Notes under the pieces: model-generated
What the model saw: only the letters and a program-made list of their open reading frames with translations
What the model was told of the DNA's origin: nothing
The model's database searches: none
Shown: positions 37,013-44,635 of the stretch, one piece after another
Layout of the letters: every line of letters begins with the position of its first letter
Numbering within the stretch: the stretch's first letter is position 1
Translations under genes and position numbers: made by a program
Assembly (NCBI GenBank): GCA_963699985.1
Contig: CAVOVZ010000009.1
Coordinates: 41,100 to 105,099 of the forward strand
Origin: Terriglobia bacterium
GTDB lineage: Bacteria; Acidobacteriota; Polarisedimenticolia; Polarisedimenticolales; CAVOVZ01
Length of the DNA stretch: 64,000 nucleotides
Direction: 5' to 3'

Positions 37013-39391
37013 CTGATCCGCGGCCACAAGTGACCCCGCTGGACACGGGGCACGCCGGCTGGTAGGCTTCCGGCGTGCAGGTCGGCGGCATAGAGGTCAC
37101 GGACGCGGATCTGGGATGGATTCGCGAGCGAGGGGTCCTTGAGGATCTGCCCAGTCGTTCGCGATTGGCCCGGGAATTCTGCGACCGCAAGGGCCTCTTT
37201 GATGGCCTGGGTAGGCGTCGGGAGGTTGCGGCCCGGGTGGCCCTTGGGCGGCTGGAGCGTGCCGGGGTGGTATCGCTACCGGCGCTCAGGGGTTGGTTTC
37301 CTCGGTCGCCGGGTTGGACGCCCGTCCCACCGCCCTCGGATTTGTACCGCGGGACTGCTGCGGAGATTCGGGATTTCCCGGGTCTCGAGATCGTCTGCGT
37401 GAGTCGGAACAATCGGACAGAGCACCGGCAGTGGACGCGGCTGATGGAATCGAGCCACTACCTGGGTGCGGGCCCCCTCTGCGGCGCACAGCTTCGCTAC
37501 CTCGTCCGCTGCCGTGAGGGGCTACTCGGCGCGCTGGCGTTCTCGGCGAGCGCGTGGCGGCTTGGGACCCGGGATCGCTGGATTGGCTGGAGCGAGCGAG
37601 CCCGCCTTCGCAATCTCAAGTTCGTGGTGGCCAACAGCCGCTTTTTACTCGTTCCGAGAATCCCGAATCTGGCGTCGCACGTGCTGTCGCGATGCGCAGC
37701 GCGCTTGGCTGCCGATTGGCAGGATCGTTACGGCTACAAGCCGCTGTTGGTTGAATCGTTTGTCGACCCGGATCGGTTCGGGGGCACGTGTTATCGTGCG
37801 GCAGGTTGGATCCGGCTCGGCGCCACGGTCGGTCGAGGCCGCCAGGACCGCGATCGTCGGCGGCAGTGCGGGGTGAAGGAAGTCTTCATCTTGCCCCTCG
37901 ACCCGGCGGCGAAGGAGCAGTTGTGCGTCGAGCCCGTTCGCGAGCTTCCGACGGATCGAGACTGGGCGGATGTCGAGTTTGCTGAGGCAATCTTACCCGA
38001 CGAGCGTCTCAACAAGCGCCTGCTGTCGATCGCGCGGGACTTTTACGCACGGCCCACGGCGAATGTTGCGCAGGCGTGCGGTAGCCGCGCGAAGACGAAG
38101 GCCGCTTACCGGTTCTGTGCACACCGGAAGGTGAGCATGGAAGCAATCCTGCAGCCGCACTACGAGTCGTCGCTCGGTCGGGCCGCGCAGCACCCGCTCG
38201 TATTGGCCATTCAGGACACTACGGCCTTGAACTACACGACGCACTCGACCTGCGAGGATCTCGGGCCGATCGGCAGCTATGGTGCACAGACCACGCGCGG
38301 TCTTTTCGTCCACAGTACGCTCCTGCTCAGCCCAGGGGGAACTCCGCTAGGGCTGCTCAACGCGCAGTGTTGGGCGCGGGATCCCAAGAAACATGGGACC
38401 AGCAAGCAGCGGGAGAGGCTTCCGATCGACCAAAAGGAAAGCCGCAAGTGGATGGTCGGATACGAAGCCACCGCGCAAGCGCAGCGGCGACTCCCAAGCA
38501 CTCGTCTCGTTTGCGTGGCCGACCGCGAAGCCGACATCTTTGATCTCTTTGTACGTGCGCGGCAGAGCGACGAGCAGCCGGAGCTTCTCGTTCGAGCCAC
38601 AGCGCCGCGAAAGATCGAGATCAACGCCAGCACAGGCGAAGTGACATTCTTGTGGGAGCATATCCGAGCACTTTCCTCGATGGGCACGCTTCCGCTCGTT
38701 GTGCCGCGACGCGGTTCGCGCCGTCGCCGAGACACGACGCTGGAACTGCGGTTTGCCGAAGTTCTGCTCCGTCCGCCCCGGGACTCCAGGCACAAGACTG
38801 CCGTAAAGCTGTGGGCAATTGCCGCCACGGAGGAGAGCCAGCCAGCCCAAGGCGAAGCAGTCGAGTGGCTGCTGATCACGACGATGCCGGTGACTTCCCT
38901 CGAGCAGGCTGCCGAGAAGCTCTCCTGGTACGCCCTACGCTGGCAGATTGAGGTCTATCACCGCACGCTCAAGAGCGGCTGCCGAATCGAGAATCGCCAA
39001 CTCGCCTCGGCGCACAGCCTCAAAGCGTGCATCGCGGTCGATCTGGTCATCGGGTGGCGCATCTTCCATCTCGCCAAGCTCGGCCGAGAGATTCCTGACG
39101 TCCCTTGCACGGTCTACTTCGAAGAGGCCGAATGGAAAGCCCTGCTCTGCTTCCTCTCCGGGACGCCGACTCCGCCTCCCACCCCGCCGTCGCTCCGCGA
39201 CGCGATCCACATGGTGGCGGGCCTGGGCGGATTCCTCGGCCGGAAGTCGGACGGAGAGCCAGGAACCCAGACCCTCTGGCTCGGCCTCCAGCGGCTCGAC
39301 GACATCGCCGCCACCTACACGGCCCTGACGGCGCCGCCCCCAGACTCGTCCTGACCCGTGTCCAGCGGGGGGACTTATGGGTAAAGACCAG
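37013..39391 (+). mobile_element. IS4-family, Tn5/IS50-like insertion sequence (2379 bp), intact
   Basis: 37-bp imperfect terminal inverted repeats at 37013-37049 and 39355-39391, with 27/37 identical. Left end is CTGATCCGCGGCCACAAGT; compare the Tn5 outside end CTGACTCTTATACACAAGT, recalled from memory. One transposase ORF and a 9-bp TSD. Removing the IS and one TSD copy restores a 132-bp repeat unit. Confidence 0.9.
37075..39354 (+). CDS. Tn5-type DDE transposase with a ~290-aa N-terminal DUF4338-like extension
   Basis: 759 aa. From about residue 290: the Tn5-like DNA-binding region WADVEFAEAILPDERLNKRLLSIA...AKTKAAYRF, and DDE blocks LAIQDTTALNY, VCVADREADIFDLF and YALRWQIEVYHRTLKSGCRIE. 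The N-terminal part carries YGYKPLLVESFVDPDRFGGTCYRAAGWIRLGATVGRGRQDR. Confidence 0.85.
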   Translation: MQVGGIEVTDADLGWIRERGVLEDLPSRSRLAREFCDRKGLFDGLGRRREVAARVALGRLERAGVVSLPALRGWFPRSPGWTPVPPPSDLYRGTAAEIRDFPGLEIVCVSRNNRTEHRQWTRLMESSHYLGAGPLCGAQLRYLVRCREGLLGALAFSASAWRLGTRDRWIGWSERARLRNLKFVVANSRFLLVPRIPNLASHVLSRCAARLAADWQDRYGYKPLLVESFVDPDRFGGTCYRAAGWIRLGATVGRGRQDRDRRRQCGVKEVFILPLDPAAKEQLCVEPVRELPTDRDWADVEFAEAILPDERLNKRLLSIARDFYARPTANVAQACGSRAKTKAAYRFCAHRKVSMEAILQPHYESSLGRAAQHPLVLAIQDTTALNYTTHSTCEDLGPIGSYGAQTTRGLFVHSTLLLSPGGTPLGLLNAQCWARDPKKHGTSKQRERLPIDQKESRKWMVGYEATAQAQRRLPSTRLVCVADREADIFDLFVRARQSDEQPELLVRATAPRKIEINASTGEVTFLWEHIRALSSMGTLPLVVPRRGSRRRRDTTLELRFAEVLLRPPRDSRHKTAVKLWAIAATEESQPAQGEAVEWLLITTMPVTSLEQAAEKLSWYALRWQIEVYHRTLKSGCRIENRQLASAHSLKACIAVDLVIGWRIFHLAKLGREIPDVPCTVYFEEAEWKALLCFLSGTPTPPPTPPSLRDAIHMVAGLGGFLGRKSDGEPGTQTLWLGLQRLDDIAATYTALTAPPPDSS

Positions 39392-39895
39392 CTGCCCCCG
39401 AACCCCCGCTCCCGCCCTCCGCGACGCCGGCGGACCGGCATCGCTCCGGTTGGGCTTGTTTCTTCCCGAGGTGTCGGGAGAACGCCCGTCGGGCTGGTCC
39501 TAAGAAACAGATGCTCGGGGGCTTTGTCCCCGAATCCCCGCTCCCGCCCTCCGCGACGCCGGCGGACCGGCATCGCTCCGGTTGGGCTTGTTTCTTCCCG
39601 AGGTGTCGGGGGAATGCCCGTTGGGCGGCTCTTAAGAAACAGATGCTCGGGGGCTCTGCCCCCGGACCCCCGCTCCCGCCCTCCGCGACGCCGGCGGACC
39701 GGCATCGCTCCGGTTGGGCTTGTTTCTTCCCGAGGTGTCGGGAGAACGCCCGTTGGGCTGGTCCTAAGAAACAGATGCTCGGGGGCTTTGTCCCCGAATC
39801 CCCGCTCCCGCCCTCCGCGACGCCGGCGGACCGGCATCGCTCCGGTTGGGCTTGTTTCTTCCCGAGGTGTCGGGGGAATGCCCGTTGGGCTGCTC
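39392..39895 (+). repeat. Tandem array B (right part), TSD copy plus 3.75 units
   Basis: Continues the interrupted unit. The AGATGCTC marker recurs at 39509, 39641 and 39773 (period 132). The array ends near 39895. Confidence 0.95.
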
Positions 39896-39969
39896 GGAAT
39901 CGGATGCCGGGTGGGCAGATCGTGCCGGGTGCCGAGGCGTCCCGGCCGCGCGATTCCTTCGTGGATCCG

Positions 39970-39985
39970 TGGCACCTGCCGTGCT
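39970..39985 (+). promoter_or_regulatory. Candidate sigma-54 promoter upstream of flgF
   Basis: TGGCACCTGCCGTGCT. GG at 39971-72 and GC at 39983-84 (12-nt offset). It lies 34 nt upstream of the flgF ATG and downstream of the repeat array. Confidence 0.55.
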
Positions 39986-40018
39986 ACCCGGTCCGCGGGA
40001 TAGGGAGGCGGAGGACCG

Positions 40019-40753
40019 ATGGACAGCACGCTCTACACGGCCGCATCGGGGATGATCGCGCGGCAGCGCGATCTCGAGGTCACGGCGAACAACCTGGCCA
40101 ACGCGGCCACCGACGGTTTCCGACCCGAGATGACGTTCTACGAGGTCTGGCGGCTCGTCGGCGGCTCGAGCGGGCAGACGCGGGAGAGTGCGGCGAACTC
40201 CGGCGTGTACGTGCCGACGACGTACACGGGCGAGCGGCAGGGTGCGCTGCACGTCACCGGCAATCGGCTGGACCTCGCCCTCGAAGGCGACGCCTGGCTC
40301 GTGGTCGGCACGCCTCGCGGCGAGCGCTACACCCGGGGCGGACCCCTGAAGATGGACGCTGGCGGGACCCTGGTGACCAACGACGGTCTGCCGGTGCTCG
40401 GCGCGGGAGGGCCGCTGCGCGTGTCGGGCGGCACTCTCGAGATCGGCGCGGACGGGCGGGTGCTCGTCGACGGCGAGGAGCGCGGCGCGCTGCGCGTGGT
40501 GCAGGCGCCGCCCGGAGCAGCCGTCAAGGAGGGGGCGGGACTCTACCGTCTGGAGCAGGCGGCGAGCGTGGCGCCCGCGGGGCCCGAGATCCAGGTGCGG
40601 CAGGGTCACCTGGAAGCTCCCGCGGTGAATGCGGTGGAAGAGATGATCCGGCTCATCGCGGCGCAGCGGGCGTTCGAGCAGCACGCGAGGACCGTGAGCC
40701 TGATCATGAACGACATCGACAAGAAGGCGGTCAACGACATCACGCAGCCGTGA
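40019..40753 (+). CDS. flgF: Flagellar basal-body rod protein FlgF
   Basis: MDSTLYTAASGMIARQRDLEVTANNLANAATDGFR N-terminus and C-terminal LEAPAVNAVEEMIRLIAAQRAFE. SD GGGAGGCGGAGG. Confidence 0.85.
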   Translation: MDSTLYTAASGMIARQRDLEVTANNLANAATDGFRPEMTFYEVWRLVGGSSGQTRESAANSGVYVPTTYTGERQGALHVTGNRLDLALEGDAWLVVGTPRGERYTRGGPLKMDAGGTLVTNDGLPVLGAGGPLRVSGGTLEIGADGRVLVDGEERGALRVVQAPPGAAVKEGAGLYRLEQAASVAPAGPEIQVRQGHLEAPAVNAVEEMIRLIAAQRAFEQHARTVSLIMNDIDKKAVNDITQP

Positions 40754-40799
40754 GGCGGGGTGCCAAGGGGATCTCCATCGAAGGGCTCGGGAGGATGCG

Positions 40800-41588
40800 A
40801 TGCAGAGAGCGATCTGGTCGGCGGCTTCGGGGATGGTGGCCCAGCAGCTCAACATCGATACGATCGCCAACAACCTGGCGAACGTCAACACCACCGGGTT
40901 CAAGAAGAGCCGCGCGCGGTTCCAGGACCTGCTCTACCAGACCCTGCGTGCGCCAGGGGCGGCGTCGTCCCAGCGGACGCTCTACCCTTCGGGGATGCAG
41001 CTCGGCCTGGGGACGCGCCCTGCGGCGGTGGAGAAGCTGTTCACCCAGGGCGACCTGAAGAAGACCGACAACCCCCTGGACGTGGTGATCCAGGGAGACG
41101 GCTTCTTCAAGGTCACGCTCCCCGACGGCACGACGGGGTACACGCGCGACGGCGCGTTCCTGCTGGATCGCGATGGGCAGGTCGTGAACACCGACGGGTA
41201 CCCGCTCGAGCCCACGCTCACGATCCCGCAAGGGACGACGACGATCCAGATCGGCGCCGATGGGACGGTGACCGCCATCGTCGCCGGACAGCTGAACGGC
41301 ACGCAGGTGGGCAGCATCGAGCTGGCGTCGTTCGTGAACCCGTCCGGGCTGCGCGCGTCGGGTCAGAACGTGCTCCTTCCCTCCGACGCCTCCGGCGACG
41401 CGGTCCTGGGAACCCCGGGAGAGAATGGCCTGGGAACGATGGGCCAGGGCTTCCTCGAGGTGTCGAACATCAGCGTCGTGACCGAGCTGGTGGACATGAT
41501 CGCCGCGCAGCGGGCCTACGAGCTGAACTCCCGCGCCATCAAGGTCTCCGATGAGATGCTCTCGCAACTCAACACGCTGGTCCGGTAG
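40800..41588 (+). CDS. flgG: Flagellar distal rod protein FlgG
   Basis: MQRAIWSAASGMVAQQLNIDTIANNLANVNTTGFKKSRARFQDLLYQ and C-terminal LEVSNISVVTELVDMIAAQRAYELNSR. Confidence 0.9.
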   Translation: MQRAIWSAASGMVAQQLNIDTIANNLANVNTTGFKKSRARFQDLLYQTLRAPGAASSQRTLYPSGMQLGLGTRPAAVEKLFTQGDLKKTDNPLDVVIQGDGFFKVTLPDGTTGYTRDGAFLLDRDGQVVNTDGYPLEPTLTIPQGTTTIQIGADGTVTAIVAGQLNGTQVGSIELASFVNPSGLRASGQNVLLPSDASGDAVLGTPGENGLGTMGQGFLEVSNISVVTELVDMIAAQRAYELNSRAIKVSDEMLSQLNTLVR

Positions 41589-41592
41589 CGCT

Positions 41593-42312
41593 GTGCGAGC
41601 CCGTTCGCCGCGGAGAGTCGGCGTCCTCGCCACGACGCTCCTGTGCATCGGGGCGGCTCGCGGGGAGGCGATCGCGGAGCCTCTCGTGACCGCGAACGCG
41701 GAGGGAGCCGTTCGCGGGGAGATCGAGCGACGGTACGGCGAGACCTGGAGCCGGTTCGATCTCCTCGAGGTGCGCTGGCCGAACGGAGCGCCGCCGGGAG
41801 ACGCCGTCCTCGGGCCTCTCGAGGGCGGAGAGAGCGTCACGGCCAACGGGTCCGTTCTCTTCACCGTGGAGGTCGATAGCGGTCGAGAGGGCCCGATCCG
41901 CCTGCCCCTCGCCGCCACGGTCCGCCCCTGGATGAGGGTCGCGGTGACGCGCCGCGAGGTTCCCAGGGGAGAGTCGCTGCAGGACGGCGCGTGGCGCGAG
42001 GAGGAGAGGCCGCTTGCCGAGCTGCGGGGCGCCACGCCGCTGTTCCCCCGCGCGGGCGCGCGACTCCGTGCGCGCCGGAACCTCCGCGCCGGCGAGGTGC
42101 TGACGACCGGGTGCCTCGAAGAGAGTGCGGCCGTCGCATCCGGAGCGCGGGTGACGATCCGCTACGTCTCGGGGGCGGTGCGGCTGACCGCGGCGGGCAT
42201 CGCGCGCCGGTCCGGGCGGATCGGCGAGACGATCCCGGTCGAGAACGCGGACAGCCGGCGCACCCTGCTCGCCCGCGTGGTGGGCGAGGGGACCGTCGAG
42301 GTCTCCCGGTGA
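41593..42312 (+). CDS. flgA: Flagellar P-ring assembly chaperone FlgA
   Basis: Position between flgG and flgH. Signal-like N-terminus and a SAF-like region (RNLRAGEVLTTGCL...). GTG at 41593, just after the flgG stop. Confidence 0.7.
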   Translation: MRARSPRRVGVLATTLLCIGAARGEAIAEPLVTANAEGAVRGEIERRYGETWSRFDLLEVRWPNGAPPGDAVLGPLEGGESVTANGSVLFTVEVDSGREGPIRLPLAATVRPWMRVAVTRREVPRGESLQDGAWREEERPLAELRGATPLFPRAGARLRARRNLRAGEVLTTGCLEESAAVASGARVTIRYVSGAVRLTAAGIARRSGRIGETIPVENADSRRTLLARVVGEGTVEVSR

Positions 42313-42331
42313 GTCGCATGAGGAGGTCTCG

Positions 42332-43048
42332 ATGATCCGATGGAACGTCCTGGGCTTCGGTGTCCTCCTGGCCGCGGGGGCGCTCTCATGCGCCGCGCGC
42401 GGGCCGGCTCGCGCGCCGGCGAATCGACTTCTCGACGACCTGGAGCGCGCCCAGAAGATCGCCGCGCAGGCAGGATCAGGCCAACAGAGTCGGGGCTCGC
42501 TCTGGACCGACGCGTCCGCGCTCTCGCTCGTGGGCGACGTGCGTGCCTCGCGCGCCGGCGACCTCGTCACGATCCGAATCGTGGAGGACACCAAGGGGAG
42601 CCAGCAGGCCAAGACCGATCTCAACAAGGACGCCCAGCTGTCCCTCTCTGCCCCGACGCTGGGAGGGTACGAGCAGCGGCTGGTCGAGAAGTGGCCGTAT
42701 TTCAATCCCGCGCAGATCCTGGAGACGAACACCCAGAAGGCCTTCAAGGGCGACGGCGCGACGACGCGCGAGACGTCGGTGGAGGCTCTGGTGACGGCCC
42801 GCGTGATCGGAGTGTACCCCAGCGGCGACCTAGCGGTGGTGGGGCACAAGGACGTCACCGTGAATCACGAGCGCCAGGTCCTGACGATCGTCGGGATCGT
42901 GCGTGCGACCGATCTGTCGTCCGACAACAGCGTCTCGTCCACCCGCCTCGCGGAGCTGACCATGCACCTGGGCGGCAAGGGGGACGTGGACGACGCGCAA
43001 CGCGAGGGCTGGTTATCGCGGATGATCCAGAAGGTCTGGCCTTTCTGA
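42332..43048 (+). CDS. flgH: Flagellar L-ring lipoprotein FlgH
   Basis: Lipoprotein-type signal LLAAGALSCA. GSLWTD...ASRAGDLVTIRIVE and TARVIGVYPSGDLAVVGHKDVTVNHERQ motifs. Confidence 0.9.
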   Translation: MIRWNVLGFGVLLAAGALSCAARGPARAPANRLLDDLERAQKIAAQAGSGQQSRGSLWTDASALSLVGDVRASRAGDLVTIRIVEDTKGSQQAKTDLNKDAQLSLSAPTLGGYEQRLVEKWPYFNPAQILETNTQKAFKGDGATTRETSVEALVTARVIGVYPSGDLAVVGHKDVTVNHERQVLTIVGIVRATDLSSDNSVSSTRLAELTMHLGGKGDVDDAQREGWLSRMIQKVWPF

Positions 43049-43059
43049 GGAGGCTCGCG

Positions 43060-44157
43060 GTGAGACGGTCGCTTTCCGTCTGGCTCGTGGCATTCGTCGC
43101 CTGCACCGGCCTCGCCCGGGCGGCACGGATCAAGGACATCGCCGGCGTGGAGGGGGTCCGCGCGAACCAGCTCGTGGGCTACGGTCTCGTGGTGGGGCTC
43201 AACGGCACCGGGGACGGCACCCAGTCGACCTTCACTCCCCAGAGCATCGCGAACATGCTCAAGCGTCTCGGCGTCGAGATGGATCCGGCGCGAATCCGGG
43301 TGAAGAACGTCGCCGCCGTGATGGTGACCGCCGACGCGCCTCCGTTCGCGCGAGCGGGACGGAGCCTGGACGTGACGGTCTCGTCCATGGGCGACGCCAA
43401 GTCGCTGGCGGGAGGGACTCTTCTTCTCACGCCGCTGCGCGGGCCCGACGGGGCGACGTACGCGTCGGCGCAGGGATCCGTGTCGGTGGGCGGGGCGTTC
43501 TCGGCCTCCGCGGGCGGGTCCTCGGTGCAGCGGAATCACCCGACCGCCGGGCGAATTCCTTCGGGAGGGCGGATCGAGAGGGACATCGTGTTCTCGCTTC
43601 CCGCCCAGGGGGAGATCCGGCTCCTGCTGCACGACCCGGACTTCACCACCGCGACCCGGGTGGAGCACGCCGTCAACGACGCCATCGGGGAGGGGACCGC
43701 GCGCGCGGAGGACTCCGGCGGCGTGATCCTGCGCATCCCTCCGGACTCGCCCGGCGGTCCCGTGGAGTTCCTGTCGCGCGTCGAGGAGCTGAGCGTCGAG
43801 CCCGACGCGCCCGCCCGCCTCGTGTTCAACGAGCGGACCGGCACGGTCGTCCTCGGAGCGGACCTCAGGATCTCGCGGGTCGCGATCTCCCACGGGAGCC
43901 TCAGCGTTCGCGTGGACACCGAGACGCGCGTCTCGCAGCCCGAGCCGTTCAGCGAGGGGAAGACGGTCACCACGGAGCAGCCCCAGATCGAGGTCGCCGA
44001 GGATCCGGCGCGCGTCCTGATCCTCGACGACGGGGCGAGCATCGCGGACCTGGTGAACGGGCTCAACCGGATCGGCGCCACCGCCCGGGACATGATCGCC
44101 ATCTTCCAGGCCATTCGGGCCGCGGGCGCGCTGCGCGCGGAGATCATCATCCAGTGA
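43060..44157 (+). CDS. flgI: Flagellar P-ring protein FlgI
   Basis: GTG at 43060 after GAGGAGG. Signal peptide, then RIKDIAGVEGVRANQLVGYGLVVGLNGTGDG and IADLVNGLNRIGATARDMIAIFQAIRAAGAL. Confidence 0.9.
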   Translation: MRRSLSVWLVAFVACTGLARAARIKDIAGVEGVRANQLVGYGLVVGLNGTGDGTQSTFTPQSIANMLKRLGVEMDPARIRVKNVAAVMVTADAPPFARAGRSLDVTVSSMGDAKSLAGGTLLLTPLRGPDGATYASAQGSVSVGGAFSASAGGSSVQRNHPTAGRIPSGGRIERDIVFSLPAQGEIRLLLHDPDFTTATRVEHAVNDAIGEGTARAEDSGGVILRIPPDSPGGPVEFLSRVEELSVEPDAPARLVFNERTGTVVLGADLRISRVAISHGSLSVRVDTETRVSQPEPFSEGKTVTTEQPQIEVAEDPARVLILDDGASIADLVNGLNRIGATARDMIAIFQAIRAAGALRAEIIIQ

Positions 44158-44489
44158 GAATTCCGCCGGAGCCGTCGGCGCTCATGCCCCGCGTCGCGAG
44201 GCCAGGCTCGGCTGCCGTGGAGTCGCCGGAGGAAGTCGCGGCGCTCGAGGGGCTCCGCACGGCGAGCCGCGTGTTCGAGTCCCTTCTGTACCGCGAGATG
44301 ATCCGCAGCATGGTCGCGAGCTCGACCGAGGGTGGGTTCTTCGGAACCGAGAACGGGGGCGAGACCTGGCAGGACCTCTTCGAGTCGGGGCTCGCCGACA
44401 TGGCCGGATCCCAGGGCCGCCTCGGGATCGCCGATGCAGTGTTCCGCCAGTTCGAATCCGCCGTGCGCCGGCAAGCCAAGAAAGCCTGA
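44154..44489 (+). CDS. flgJ: Rod-binding protein (FlgJ N-terminal domain only, no muramidase domain)
   Basis: 111 aa. FESLLYREMIRSM...GGETWQDLFESGLADMA resembles the Rod_binding domain. GTGA overlap with flgI. Confidence 0.7.
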   Translation: MRIPPEPSALMPRVARPGSAAVESPEEVAALEGLRTASRVFESLLYREMIRSMVASSTEGGFFGTENGGETWQDLFESGLADMAGSQGRLGIADAVFRQFESAVRRQAKKA

Positions 44490-44635
44490 ATCGAGGATGC
44501 GTTTCGGGCACGCTGCGGCTCTGACGAGCTACCGGTGGTCGCTCCCGATCTCTCCGATCACCTGCCTCCGATTCGTTCTTGCGGCGTGAATCCAGCCCGT
44601 CGCGGAGCGCCCGGTTCCCGCGCCGATCTCGACTC

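Noticed and set aside
36125-37065. Several 130-300-aa ORFs on both strands across the repeat arrays (for example 36137..37033, 36199..37053, 39377..40003, 4317..4667). The 132-nt period equals 44 codons, which could suggest a tandem-repeat protein.
   Set aside because: The translations are Arg/Pro/Gly-rich nonsense in all frames and the ORFs are open on both strands. One unit is 134 nt and breaks the frame. Unit boundaries carry TAA/TGA in some frames, and no SD-preceded start is present.
36454-39895. The regularly spaced repeats could be a CRISPR array
   Set aside because: The entire 132-bp unit repeats. There are no unique spacers between short repeats, and no cas genes are nearby.
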